Below are positions 1-7,833 of a stretch of 32,000 bases of DNA, one piece after another (position 1 is the stretch's first letter; every line of letters begins with the position of its first letter). A program made the translations under genes and the position numbers. Source of the DNA: Acinetobacter wanghuae (lineage in GTDB: Bacteria; Pseudomonadota; Gammaproteobacteria; Pseudomonadales; Moraxellaceae); assembly GCF_009557235.1 (NCBI RefSeq), contig NZ_CP045650.1, positions 2,010,001 to 2,042,000 on the forward strand, given 5' to 3'. Below the pieces are notes generated by a model. It searched no databases. It saw only the letters and a program-made list of their open reading frames with translations, and was not told the DNA's origin.

Positions 1-170
1 AATATTTAGATCAGTTCGGTGTTGCAAAACTTACAGGTACAGGTGCTTGTGTGTTTATTGAAGTAACAGCAAATATGAATATTAAAGATATTCTGACAAA
101 TTCGCCTTGTACCAGTTACTTGGTCAACAGTTTGAAAGAATCACCTTTGGTTCAGTTTGAGGTTCGTTAG
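1..170 (+). CDS. ispE: 4-diphosphocytidyl-2-C-methyl-D-erythritol kinase, 3' end only (5' end lies outside the window)
   Basis: Frame 3 reads ...FGVAKLTGTGACVFIEVTANMNIKD...SPLVQFEVR*, stop TAG at 168-170. LTGTGACVF matches the conserved C-terminal GHMP-kinase motif of IspE. ispE upstream of prs is the conserved gammaproteobacterial order. Confidence 0.8.
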   Translation, partial: YLDQFGVAKLTGTGACVFIEVTANMNIKDILTNSPCTSYLVNSLKESPLVQFEVR

Positions 171-243
171 GGGTATCGCCAAGTGGTAAGGCACCGGGTT
201 TTGATCTCGGCATCCGTTGGTTCGAATCCAGCTACCCCTGCCA
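169..243 (+). tRNA. tRNA-Gln (anticodon UUG), copy 1 of 4
   Basis: 75-nt cloverleaf folded by hand. Acceptor AGGGGTA/TACCCCT, 3-bp D stem GCC/GGC, anticodon stem CCGGG/CTCGG with loop TT-TTG-AT, T arm GTTGG-TTCGAAT-CCAGC, discriminator G, encoded CCA. Close to E. coli tRNA-Gln. Confidence 0.95.
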
Positions 244-269
244 TTTTTCACCTGTAGATGTACTGTATT

Positions 270-344
270 AGGGGTATCGCCAAGTGGTAAGGCACCGGGT
301 TTTGATCTCGGCATCCGTTGGTTCGAATCCAGCTACCCCTGCCA
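270..344 (+). tRNA. tRNA-Gln (anticodon UUG), copy 2 of 4
   Basis: Sequence identical to copy 1, with a 26-nt spacer after copy 1. Confidence 0.95.
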
Positions 345-363
345 TCTTACAGTTTATCAAATT

Positions 364-438
364 AGGGGTATCGCCAAGTGGTAAGGCACCGGGTTTTGAT
401 CTCGGCATCCGTTGGTTCGAATCCAGCTACCCCTGCCA
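364..438 (+). tRNA. tRNA-Gln (anticodon UUG), copy 3 of 4
   Basis: Sequence identical to copy 1, with a 19-nt spacer after copy 2. Confidence 0.95.
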
Positions 439-489
439 TTTTCTCAAAAAAGACAGAGCATCACTTTACGACTCATATGTTAATTAACC

Positions 490-518
490 TTGACATCAAG
501 CCGTAAAAATATTAAAGT
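490..518 (+). promoter_or_regulatory. Candidate sigma-70 promoter inside the 91-nt spacer, driving tRNA-Gln copy 4 (and possibly prs)
   Basis: Consensus -35 TTGACA (490-495), 17-bp spacer, -10-like TAAAGT (513-518). The predicted start lies a few nt before the tRNA 5' end at 530. Confidence 0.5.
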
Positions 519-529
519 TCTGCCGCATT

Positions 530-604
530 AGGGGTATCGCCAAGTGGTAAGGCACCGGGTTTTGATCTCGGCATCCGTTGGTTCGAATCCAGCTACCCCT
601 GCCA
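530..604 (+). tRNA. tRNA-Gln (anticodon UUG), copy 4 of 4
   Basis: Sequence identical to copy 1, separated from copy 3 by a 91-nt spacer. Confidence 0.95.
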
Positions 605-641
605 TCTTATTCCTACACATTCCAACCGCCAAGGGTGCTTC

Positions 642-1595
642 ATGCCCAATCTTGTCGTTTTTAGTGGATCTGCGCATCCACAATTCGCTCAAAAAGTCGT
701 AAGCCACTTACATATTCCTCTAGGCGCTGCCTCTGTAGGTCAGTTCTCTGATGGCGAAATTGCTGTCGAGATCACTGAAAACGTGCGTGGTAAAGACGTA
801 TTTATCGTACAGCCTACTTGTGCCCCAACTAACGATAACCTGATGGAAATCTTAGTGATGGCTGACGCATTGCGTCGTGCAAGTGCTGGTCGTATTACTG
901 CCGTGATTCCTTATTTTGGTTACGCTCGTCAAGACCGTCGTCCACGTTCAAGTCGTGTGCCAATTACTGCTAAAGTTGTTGCAGATATGCTAACAACTGT
1001 GGGTATTGACCGCGTTGTGATGATTGACCTTCACGCTGACCAAATCCAAGGCTTCTTCGATATTCCTGTAGACAACATCTACGGTACACCTGCCCTTCTT
1101 GCTGACCTACGTCAACAGTCGCATCACAACCTTATGGTTGTATCGCCTGACGTTGGCGGTGTGGTACGTGCACGCGCTGTTGCGAAACAAATGGGTGATA
1201 TCGATCTAGCAATCATTGATAAACGTCGTCAAAAAGCAAATGAATCACAAGTGATGCATTTGATTGGTGATGTGAAAGATCGTGATTGTGTCATTGTTGA
1301 TGACATGGTGGATACAGCAGGTACGTTATGTAAAGCTGCCGACGCATTGAAAACTTTCGGTGCGCGTAAAGTGATTGCTTATGCAACTCACCCAGTTTTA
1401 TCTGGCAAAGCCATCGAAAACTTAAAAAATTCTGTGATTGATGAATTGGTTGTAACCGATACCATTCCTCTTTCTGAAGAAGCTTTAGCTCTTGGTAAGA
1501 TTCGCCAAGTTTCAGTTGCGAGTATGGTTGCTGAAACAATTCGTCGTATTAACAACGAAGAATCTATTAGCGCAATGTTCGATTCTTATCTATAA
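642..1595 (+). CDS. prs: Ribose-phosphate pyrophosphokinase (PRPP synthetase)
   Basis: 317-aa ORF with ATG start preceded by [24 protein letters not shown]...GEIAVEI...RGKDVFIVQ and [17 protein letters not shown]...[12 protein letters not shown]...[10 protein letters not shown] are hallmark Prs motifs. Confidence 0.97.
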   Translation: MPNLVVFSGSAHPQFAQKVVSHLHIPLGAASVGQFSDGEIAVEITENVRGKDVFIVQPTCAPTNDNLMEILVMADALRRASAGRITAVIPYFGYARQDRRPRSSRVPITAKVVADMLTTVGIDRVVMIDLHADQIQGFFDIPVDNIYGTPALLADLRQQSHHNLMVVSPDVGGVVRARAVAKQMGDIDLAIIDKRRQKANESQVMHLIGDVKDRDCVIVDDMVDTAGTLCKAADALKTFGARKVIAYATHPVLSGKAIENLKNSVIDELVVTDTIPLSEEALALGKIRQVSVASMVAETIRRINNEESISAMFDSYL

Positions 1596-1612
1596 TAGAG
1601 CGCTGAAATTCC

Positions 1613-1640
1613 AAAGCCCTGTCATTTGACGGGGCTTTTA
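1613..1640 (+). terminator. Rho-independent terminator after prs
   Basis: AGCCCTGTC / GACGGGGCT stem (one G-U pair), ATTT loop, followed by a T-run. Confidence 0.75.
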
Positions 1641-1692
1641 CTCACTAGATTGGTCGCAGATCTAGTTAATTAACTTAAATAGGATGTCTATC

Positions 1693-1989
1693 ATGGCAAA
1701 CTTCGTATTAAACGCAGCAGCACGTGAAGAAGCAGTACAAGGGAAAGGTGCGAGCCGCCGCCTTCGTCTTCTTAACAAAGTTCCAGCTATCATCTACGGT
1801 GGCGAAGCTGCTCCTGTTACAGTAACTCTTGAACTTCGTCAGCTTGTTAAAGCTTTAGAAAACAATGCTTTCTTCGAAGAAGTAATTGAAATCAACATCG
1901 ACGGTAAAGTTGAAACTGTTAAAATCCAAGCTTTACAACGTCACCCAGCTAAAAACACACCAATGCACGCTGACTTCAAACGCGCATAA
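1693..1989 (+). CDS. rplY: 50S ribosomal protein L25 (short form)
   Basis: MANFVLNAAAREE..GKGASRRLR...VPAIIYGG...RHPAKNTPMHADFKRA. I prefer ATG 1693 (AGGA 8 nt upstream) over the ORF-track start at 1684. 98 aa. Confidence 0.92.
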   Translation: MANFVLNAAAREEAVQGKGASRRLRLLNKVPAIIYGGEAAPVTVTLELRQLVKALENNAFFEEVIEINIDGKVETVKIQALQRHPAKNTPMHADFKRA

Positions 1990-2007
1990 GTGTTAATGGT
2001 GTAATTA

Positions 2008-2589
2008 GTGTCAAATCTTTCACTGATTGTTGGTTTGGGTAACCCAGGTTCTGAGTATGCCCAAACCCGCCATAATGCAGGCTTCTGGTTCGTAGAACGC
2101 CTTGCAGAGCAATATGGCATCTCACTCAAAAATGACCCAAAATTCTTCGGAATCAGCGGTCGAGGTAAAATTGAAGGTCAAGACGTTCGTCTACTTCTTC
2201 CAACGACCTTTATGAATCTTTCTGGCAAAAGCGTTGTTCCTTTCGCTAAGTTTTATAACATTGCGCCTGAAGCTATTTTAATTGCTCACGATGAACTGGA
2301 TATGAATCCGGGTGTCATTCGCCTAAAAACAGGCGGTGGTCATGGTGGACATAATGGCTTACGTGACATCGTTCCGCATATTGGCTCTAATTTCCATCGT
2401 TTACGGATTGGTATTGGTCATCCCGGCTCGAAAGATCGTGTTTCTGGTCATGTGCTCGGTAAAGCACCAAGCAGCGAACAGAACTTAATGGACGATGCGA
2501 TTCATCATGCCCTTGCACGTACAAAAATGCTGGTCAATGGTGAAATACAACAAGCCATGAATCAAATCAACGCTTATAAACCAAACTGA
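2008..2589 (+). CDS. pth: Peptidyl-tRNA hydrolase
   Basis: GTG start. MSNLSLIVGLGNPGSEYAQTRHNAGFW...GGHGGHNGLRDI are canonical Pth motifs. Conserved position after prs-rplY. Confidence 0.95.
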   Translation: MSNLSLIVGLGNPGSEYAQTRHNAGFWFVERLAEQYGISLKNDPKFFGISGRGKIEGQDVRLLLPTTFMNLSGKSVVPFAKFYNIAPEAILIAHDELDMNPGVIRLKTGGGHGGHNGLRDIVPHIGSNFHRLRIGIGHPGSKDRVSGHVLGKAPSSEQNLMDDAIHHALARTKMLVNGEIQQAMNQINAYKPN

Positions 2590-2732
2590 TCATTCAAAAA
2601 TCGTTGGACAATGACACTTGCCATGCAGATGGTTTAAGCGCAAAATGCGCAAGCCTACCCACTGATTGAGTGTCGTAGTCATTGATTCAACAATAAGATC
2701 AATATCTTAGGTCTACTCAGGAGACGCTAGCC

Positions 2733-3113
2733 ATGCTATCTCGTTTATTAAAAGCGAAAATCCACCGTTGTGTTGTAACACAAGCAGAATTACATTATGA
2801 AGGTTCTTGTGCGATTGACGGTATTCTTTTGGATTTAGCCGGCATCCGTGAATATGAAGAAATTCATATGTGGAATGTGACCAATGGTAAACGCTTTACG
2901 ACGTATGCGATTCGTGGTGAAGAAGGTTCAGGCATTATCTCTGTAAATGGCGGTGCTGCACTTCAAGCGGATGTTGGCGATTTAATGATTATTGCAACAT
3001 TTGGTGATTTTACTGAAGCTGAAGCAGATGCACATAAACCACGTTTGGTTTATGCAAATCCAAATAACACGGTTAACCACACTGCAAACTGTATTCCTGT
3101 ACAAGTGGCATAA
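2733..3113 (+). CDS. panD: Aspartate 1-decarboxylase proenzyme
   Basis: 126 aa, [38 protein letters not shown] contains the G-S self-cleavage site (YEGSC) typical of PanD. Confidence 0.96.
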   Translation: MLSRLLKAKIHRCVVTQAELHYEGSCAIDGILLDLAGIREYEEIHMWNVTNGKRFTTYAIRGEEGSGIISVNGGAALQADVGDLMIIATFGDFTEAEADAHKPRLVYANPNNTVNHTANCIPVQVA

Positions 3114-3160
3114 GCGTTTGAATGCTTATCGCATTCAGCTTTGACTAAAAACAGATTCTA

Positions 3161-3187
3161 AAAAGCTCGCACATGGCGGGCTTTTTT
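3161..3187 (+). terminator. Rho-independent terminator after panD
   Basis: AGCTCGC-ACATG-GCGGGCT hairpin followed by TTTTT. A second small hairpin, TGAATGC-TTATC-GCATTCA, lies at 3119-3137. Confidence 0.75.
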
Positions 3188-3292
3188 ATGCCTGTTTATT
3201 TTGTGATTATTCACACAATTGCTATACATATGATGCATTCAGATAAAGAAAGCCCTCCCCGTCGTTTAAAACAGGAATATAATAGACTTACA

Positions 3293-3453
3293 TCGCTTCA
3301 GGGCGGGGTGTAATTCCCCACCGGTGGTAAATTCAACGGGTATATTTATTCGATTGAATCAGCCCACGAGCCTATTATGTTCCTTACACAACATAATTCG
3401 CAGATTTGGTGAAAAGCCAAAGCCGACGGTATAGTCCGGATGAAAGAAGACGA
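3293..3453 (+). promoter_or_regulatory. FMN riboswitch (RFN element) in the ribB leader
   Basis: Conserved RFN core strings: CTTCAGGGCGGGGTGTAATTCCCCACCGGTGGTAA ... AGCCCACGAGCC ... CAGATTTGGTGAAAAGCCAAAGCCGACGGTATAGTCCGGATGAAAGAAGA. P1 closes TCGCTTC (3293-3299) with GAAGACGA (3446-3453). A TATAAT hexamer at 3278-3283 fits a transcription start just upstream. Confidence 0.9.
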
Positions 3454-3572
3454 GGTCAACACACGTTATTGTTTTAGATCATTGCATCTCAATGATAACT
3501 TGTGACCATACTCCTGCTTTTCTCTATGTCCTGAAATGTTCAATCGTACTTAAACCTTACGCGAGCGTTTCA

Positions 3573-4232
3573 ATGTCTAGTTTGATTCAACCCGAAATTT
3601 TCTTTTCAGCACTTCCTCCCGCTGAACAACGTATTCAAAAAGCTTTAGAAGATATCCGCCAAGGCAAACCTGTATTGGTCATGGATGATTTCGACCGTGA
3701 AAATGAAGCTGACTTAATTGTGGCTGCAGAAACCTTAACTGTCGAAACGATGGCACGTATGATTCGTGATGGTTCAGGTATTGTGTGCTTATGCTTAACA
3801 GATGAACTTGCCAACCATCTCGAACTGCCACCGATGGTCAGCGATAACTCAAGCCAATTTAAAACGGCATTTACAGTGACCATTGAAGCTGCTGTGGGTG
3901 TAACAACTGGCGTATCTGCTAAAGACCGTACCACAACTATTCATGCTGCCATTAAAGATGGTGCAGTCGCGAGCGATCTAAACCGTCCGGGGCATGTCTT
4001 CCCGCTTCGTGCGCGTGAAGGTGGTGTGTTGACGCGTCGTGGACATACTGAAGGCACAATCGATTTAGCACGTTTAGCGGGCTTAAAACCATCAGGTGTA
4101 TTGTGTGAACTCACCAACCCTGATGGCACGATGGCATCAGGCATTCAAGTTTTGGCGTATGCTCAAACTCATGATTTAACGGTCATTACCATTGAAGAAA
4201 TTGTGCAATATCGTTTAAAACATCAGCTTTAA
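3573..4232 (+). CDS. ribB: 3,4-dihydroxy-2-butanone 4-phosphate synthase
   Basis: MSSLIQ...[33 protein letters not shown]...GIVCLCLT...RPGHVFPL...[12 protein letters not shown] are RibB hallmarks. I prefer the internal ATG at 3573 (219 aa, E. coli-like length) to the ORF-track start at 3492, which lies in the riboswitch expression platform. Confidence 0.92.
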   Translation: MSSLIQPEIFFSALPPAEQRIQKALEDIRQGKPVLVMDDFDRENEADLIVAAETLTVETMARMIRDGSGIVCLCLTDELANHLELPPMVSDNSSQFKTAFTVTIEAAVGVTTGVSAKDRTTTIHAAIKDGAVASDLNRPGHVFPLRAREGGVLTRRGHTEGTIDLARLAGLKPSGVLCELTNPDGTMASGIQVLAYAQTHDLTVITIEEIVQYRLKHQL

Positions 4233-4244
4233 AATTTTCGATAT

Positions 4245-4278
4245 TAAAAAAACCCATGATCTACTCATGGGTTTTTTA
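4245..4278. terminator. Bidirectional terminator shared by ribB (+) and the HPP gene (-)
   Basis: AAAAAAACCCATGA-TCTAC-TCATGGGTTTTTT: 8-bp stem flanked by an A-run and a T-run. Confidence 0.85.
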
Positions 4279-4289
4279 TACTCAAAAGC

Positions 4290-4829
4290 TTAATCTTTTA
4301 TTTTTGACTCTTTTAATGCCAAGGCATAATGTGGCCAAGCATTGCTATTTTTAAAATTATTCACCCAATACGCAATCAACACCAAGCAGATCGCGCCCGA
4401 CAATACGGGGAAAATTAAAAAACTCCAATCATAATGCACTGTATTCGCAGTTAATAAAATAACCAAAGGATTTGCCCCTGCTGGCGGATGTACACAACGA
4501 AAATATTGCATTGCGCAAATCGAAATTCCCACAGCGAATGCAATACTGAAAGTATTTGAGCCAAATAGCTTCAACATCACCAAACCCACAGTCGCTGCGA
4601 TTAAATGCCCAAAAATCACATTACGCGGTTGTGCCAATGGCGATTGAGCAGCCGCATACAACAACACACAACTCGCACCAAACGGCGCCATAATCCACAG
4701 ATGTTCTGACCAATGACTGAGCATCATGAGCAACGCAATACTTAAACTTGCCCCAATTAAGCTTCTGAGCAAATCGAGCCATGAAGGTCGTTTGGCTAAT
4801 TTTTCACGACCTTCAAATAAAAACATCAT
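4290..4829 (-). CDS. HPP-family integral membrane protein
   Basis: Hydrophobic throughout and contains the family-defining HPPAGANP motif. I prefer ATG at 4829 (MMFLFEG..., SD AAGGTG 5-6 nt upstream) to the TTG at 4871, which abuts the operator-like palindrome. Confidence 0.8.
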   Translation of the reverse strand: MMFLFEGREKLAKRPSWLDLLRSLIGASLSIALLMMLSHWSEHLWIMAPFGASCVLLYAAAQSPLAQPRNVIFGHLIAATVGLVMLKLFGSNTFSIAFAVGISICAMQYFRCVHPPAGANPLVILLTANTVHYDWSFLIFPVLSGAICLVLIAYWVNNFKNSNAWPHYALALKESKIKD

Positions 4830-4872
4830 TGGTTTCACCTTGATTAGATTTTTTTCATCGTTTAAACTCAAA

Positions 4873-4892
4873 ATAGTACAGATCTGTACTAT
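4873..4892. promoter_or_regulatory. Perfect 20-bp palindrome, candidate TetR operator in the divergent HPP/TetR promoter region
   Basis: ATAGTACAGA|TCTGTACTAT is an exact inverted repeat, centred in the 89-bp gap between the two divergent start codons. Confidence 0.6.
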
Positions 4893-4918
4893 TGTAAATA
4901 TATCTGTTGAGAATAATC

Positions 4919-5479
4919 ATGTCTAAATCAGCGATAAAAATTTTAAATACAGCAGAAGCGCTTTTTAATCAGCACAGTTTTAGCAGTGTCGGGGTTGATC
5001 TGATTCGAGATGAGTCGGGTTGCTCCAAGACCACCCTATATACGCATTTTACAAACAAGCAGCACTTAGTCGAAGCCGTATTAGCGCGTCGAGATCAACG
5101 TTTTCGGGCGAATTTAATTGAAACAATTGGCGATACAACAGGACTTGATGCGCTAGAAAAAATATTTGATTGGCATATCGCCTGGTTTCAAGCAGACCAT
5201 TTTAAAGGTTGTCTCTTTGTCCGTGCGACAGCTGAGGCAGATCAACAAGATAATGCCATTCAGCACATCGCTAAGCAGCATAAATCTTGGCTCTATCAAG
5301 TTGTTCAACAGCATAGTCAACGTTTAAAGAACGCTGAACAGGTGACCTTATTGTTTTACACACAACTGGAGGGTTTAATCAGTCGTTGTTTGGTGGAAGG
5401 GTTTCATTTGGAGCAAGTCAATCAACAAAAAAAACTGATCTTTCAACTCATCGCATTACTTCAAAACCAAACACTATAA
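4919..5479 (+). CDS. TetR/AcrR-family transcriptional regulator
   Basis: The N-terminal helix-turn-helix region AIKILNTAEALFNQHSFSSVGVDLIRDESGCSKTTLYTHFTNKQHL is typical of TetR. 186 aa from ATG 4919 (the ORF-track start at 4907 is TTG). Confidence 0.85.
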   Translation: MSKSAIKILNTAEALFNQHSFSSVGVDLIRDESGCSKTTLYTHFTNKQHLVEAVLARRDQRFRANLIETIGDTTGLDALEKIFDWHIAWFQADHFKGCLFVRATAEADQQDNAIQHIAKQHKSWLYQVVQQHSQRLKNAEQVTLLFYTQLEGLISRCLVEGFHLEQVNQQKKLIFQLIALLQNQTL

Positions 5480-6087
5480 ATGCCATAAAGCGCAACGCTC
5501 AACAAAATGACGCCACATAAGCCGAGTAAATGTGGATAAATTTTTGAGGTAGATAAACGTTTAAAGCCCAAATAAACCAAAGACAGTGTCAGGAAATCCA
5601 AAACAATCCACGTCACAGTCAAAATCATCAGGCTTGTATCTATATTGGACGATACACCCACAAATTGCGGAAAAAATGACGCAAAGAAAATAATATCTTT
5701 GGGGTTTGAAATACCGACCAAAAAGCCTTTTTGAAAGCCTGCTGACATCGGTTGAATCAAGGTCGGAGCTTGAGCTGCTTTAGAAAAAACCTCACGTAAA
5801 ATATCAACAGCCAAATAAGCAATGTATACACAACCCAAGACCTGAATCATATTCAGCCAGTCCTGATTGATACTCATCACACCTTTTAGGCTTAAGATTG
5901 AACAGGCAATTAGAATCAAAGACGCGAAGTTCGTACCGAAAATTGTTCTTAATGCCGCTTGATAGCCGCCTTTTAATCCTGCACTTGCAATAAGCAACAT
6001 GACTGGACCTGGCGTGGCAATCATGACCACGACAGCCAAGCAATACAGGGCATATTCTAAAAAATTCACTGTCCCCTCAACCATCAT
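5461..6087 (-). CDS. LysE/RhtB-family amino-acid (or homoserine-lactone) exporter
   Basis: 208 aa, about 6 hydrophobic segments. N-terminal ...LAVVVMIATPGPVMLL... (the PGP motif) and overall size fit the LysE translocator family. The 3' end overlaps the TetR gene's 3' end by 19 bp. Confidence 0.8.
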   Translation of the reverse strand: MMVEGTVNFLEYALYCLAVVVMIATPGPVMLLIASAGLKGGYQAALRTIFGTNFASLILIACSILSLKGVMSINQDWLNMIQVLGCVYIAYLAVDILREVFSKAAQAPTLIQPMSAGFQKGFLVGISNPKDIIFFASFFPQFVGVSSNIDTSLMILTVTWIVLDFLTLSLVYLGFKRLSTSKIYPHLLGLCGVILLSVALYGIYSVWF

Positions 6088-6097
6088 TTATACAAGC

Positions 6098-6123
6098 CTT
6101 AGATTCTCAAATGAAGTGCAACA
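6098..6123. repeat. Left terminal inverted repeat of the IS30-family element
   Basis: See the mobile element entry. 22/26 identity with the reverse complement of 7119-7144. Confidence 0.85.
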
Positions 6124-6195
6124 GAGATTAAATTTTGGAAAGAAGCAAGATGAGCTAGCATTTTGCTTCCGACCGACCAAAGTCAAAGTTGCATC

Positions 6196-7143
6196 ATGAA
6201 CTATACTCATCTTACCCAAGAAGAAAGATATCAGATTTTTACATTGTTACGTGAAGGATTTTCTCAACGTTATATTGCTTGGAGACTGAATCGTTCACCT
6301 TCCACTATTTCTAGAGAAATCAATCGTAATCGAGCTAGAAATGGTTATTTCGCTAAGCATGCTAGTAAACTCGCTCGAAGACGCCATTGCTCTAATCCTA
6401 AAAGAATCCCTGATGAAATATGGGCAAATGTCATCTTTTATCTTGAACTTCAATGGAGTCCTGAACAGATTGCTTCCCGTGTTTCAGTCAGTCTGCATTC
6501 AATTTATCGCTTAATACGACAGGATAAAAATAAGGGCGGTACTCTCTTTCATCATCTACGTTTCAGAAATCAAAGAAAGAGGAAATACGGCTCTCCTGAA
6601 ACTCGTGGTCAGCTGGCTAATCGTAAAAGCATTCATGATAGACCGATTGAGATTGAACAGCGTCATCGTTTCGGTGATCTAGAGATAGATACGATTGTGG
6701 GTAAGAATCATCAGCAATCATTGGTCTCGATTGTAGATCGTAAGACAGGTTATTTGTGGCTAAAGAAGTGTAGCTCACGTAAAGCAGAGGAAGTTTGCCA
6801 AACAACGATCAGTTTACTTGAGCCAATCAAAGATCAGCTCAAGACGATTACCGCAGATAATGGTAAGGAGTTTAGTCTGCATGAATGTGTTGCTCAAGAA
6901 TTAGAAATAGACTGGTATTTCGCAGATCCTTATAGCGCTTGGCAACGAGGTACGAATGAAAATACCAACGGCTTAGTCAGACAATACATTAGAAAGGGAA
7001 GTGACTTAAATCAGTATACAGATGAATATATCTCAGAAATAACAGCCCGTATCAATCATCGTCCAAGAAAAAGACTCGGCTTTAAAAGTCCGAGTCAGGT
7101 ATTATGGCAACAACATGGTGTTGCACTTCAAATGCTAATCTAA
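6196..7143 (+). CDS. IS30-family DDE transposase
   Basis: N-terminal HTH MNYTHLTQEERYQIFTLLREGFSQRYIAWRLNRSPSTISREINRN. Catalytic-triad contexts DLEIDTIVG, ITADNGKEF and WQRGTNENTNGLVRQY are classic IS30. ATG 6196 preferred over TTG 6163. Confidence 0.93.
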   Translation: MNYTHLTQEERYQIFTLLREGFSQRYIAWRLNRSPSTISREINRNRARNGYFAKHASKLARRRHCSNPKRIPDEIWANVIFYLELQWSPEQIASRVSVSLHSIYRLIRQDKNKGGTLFHHLRFRNQRKRKYGSPETRGQLANRKSIHDRPIEIEQRHRFGDLEIDTIVGKNHQQSLVSIVDRKTGYLWLKKCSSRKAEEVCQTTISLLEPIKDQLKTITADNGKEFSLHECVAQELEIDWYFADPYSAWQRGTNENTNGLVRQYIRKGSDLNQYTDEYISEITARINHRPRKRLGFKSPSQVLWQQHGVALQMLI

Positions 7144-7144
7144 G
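7119..7144. repeat. Right terminal inverted repeat of the IS30-family element
   Basis: See the mobile element entry. Confidence 0.85.
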
Positions 7145-7148
7145 AGCT

Positions 7149-7174
7149 AAAAAAAAGAGGACTTATTCGTCCTC
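7149..7174 (-). terminator. Rho-independent terminator of the DUF1289 gene (minus strand)
   Basis: GAGGAC-TTATTC-GTCCTC hairpin (7157-7174, overlapping the stop codon), followed on the minus strand by eight T (A8 at 7149-7156 on +). The IS right end begins 2 nt beyond the T-tract plus the AGC duplication. Confidence 0.75.
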
Positions 7175-7651
7175 GTTATACAACGGAATGAGATGTTGGC
7201 TCATTTCATCAGCGCGCATAAATGCCAAATCATAACTGGCATTGGCGAGTGCCAAGACGCGTCTTTCAAATTGATCCCAAATTGGGCGTACCTGCTTATA
7301 GTGAATCCCTAGCCCGCTTTCGTCGGTAAAATGCCGGTTTTTTTCACATAATTTTAATGCGTGATACAGCTTACGCCCTTGACTAGCATCATCACGCAAT
7401 CGCACTCTTTTTGAACGAACAAATGCCTCAACTTCCGCCAAATTGGCATGCGGCAACATTGGCACTAAAATTTGATCGAGCTGTGCATCCAAGCGTTTCC
7501 ATACCAGCGTGTGATGTTTCGCATCATAACGATTCCAATGAATCACCTCATGATTGAAACGTCGACAGCCGCGACACACTGCATCGCCAAATACCGTCGA
7601 ACAGCGTCCCGCACATGGGGTTAAGGATGAAATATGATGCTCTGAACTCAA
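7163..7651 (-). CDS. DUF1289-domain protein (Cys-rich, putative Fe-S/metal binding)
   Basis: N-terminal TPCAGRCSTVFGDAVCRGCRRFNHEVIHW fits the DUF1289 pattern CxxxC...CxGCxR...E..xW. TTG start with GGAG 7 nt upstream. 162 aa. Confidence 0.65.
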   Translation of the reverse strand: MSSEHHISSLTPCAGRCSTVFGDAVCRGCRRFNHEVIHWNRYDAKHHTLVWKRLDAQLDQILVPMLPHANLAEVEAFVRSKRVRLRDDASQGRKLYHALKLCEKNRHFTDESGLGIHYKQVRPIWDQFERRVLALANASYDLAFMRADEMSQHLIPLYNEDE

Positions 7652-7833
7652 AATTCACTCCATTTGGTCGCAGTCAGTTTTAACGTGGGCATTGCCTAAC
7701 AATGTGGGCATGACTATACACGCTCCATGAAATGAATTGAAGTCTTAGAAAAGCGCTTGGATTGTCTCGCATATTCATGCGAATCAAGCTAAAATACGCG
7801 CCTTTAAATTCTATTGTTACCTTGGAGTACTCC

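Larger units (their letters stand above)
6098..7144 (+). mobile_element. Intact IS30-family insertion sequence (1047 bp)
   Basis: Terminal inverted repeats CTTAGATTCTCAAATGAAGTGCAACA (6098-6123) and the reverse complement of 7119-7144 (CTTAGATTAGCATTTGAAGTGCAACA) match at 22 of 26 positions. They are flanked by a direct AGC duplication (6095-6097 and 7145-7147). One full-length transposase ORF whose stop lies inside the right IR. Confidence 0.92.

Noticed and set aside
284-487. 67-aa ORF in the six-frame track.
   Set aside because: It reads straight through tRNA-Gln copies 2 and 3 and repeats the same peptide. It is an artefact of the tRNA array.
169-604. Four identical 75-bp direct repeats with short unique spacers, superficially CRISPR-like.
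   Set aside because: Each repeat folds into a complete tRNA-Gln(UUG) cloverleaf with an encoded CCA. Spacer lengths are irregular (26, 19 and 91 nt) and no cas genes are present.
5999-6199. 66-aa + strand ORF spanning the exporter 5' end and the IS left end, a possible IS-junction fusion protein.
   Set aside because: It is antisense to the exporter's N-terminus, has no RBS, and its sequence is low-complexity and basic. It is most likely a chance ORF created by the junction.
7685-7711. Direct repeat GTGGGCAT (7685-7692 and 7704-7711) between the DUF1289 gene and trhO.
   Set aside because: An 8-mer repeated once is within chance expectation for an intergenic region, and there is no supporting symmetry or known motif.
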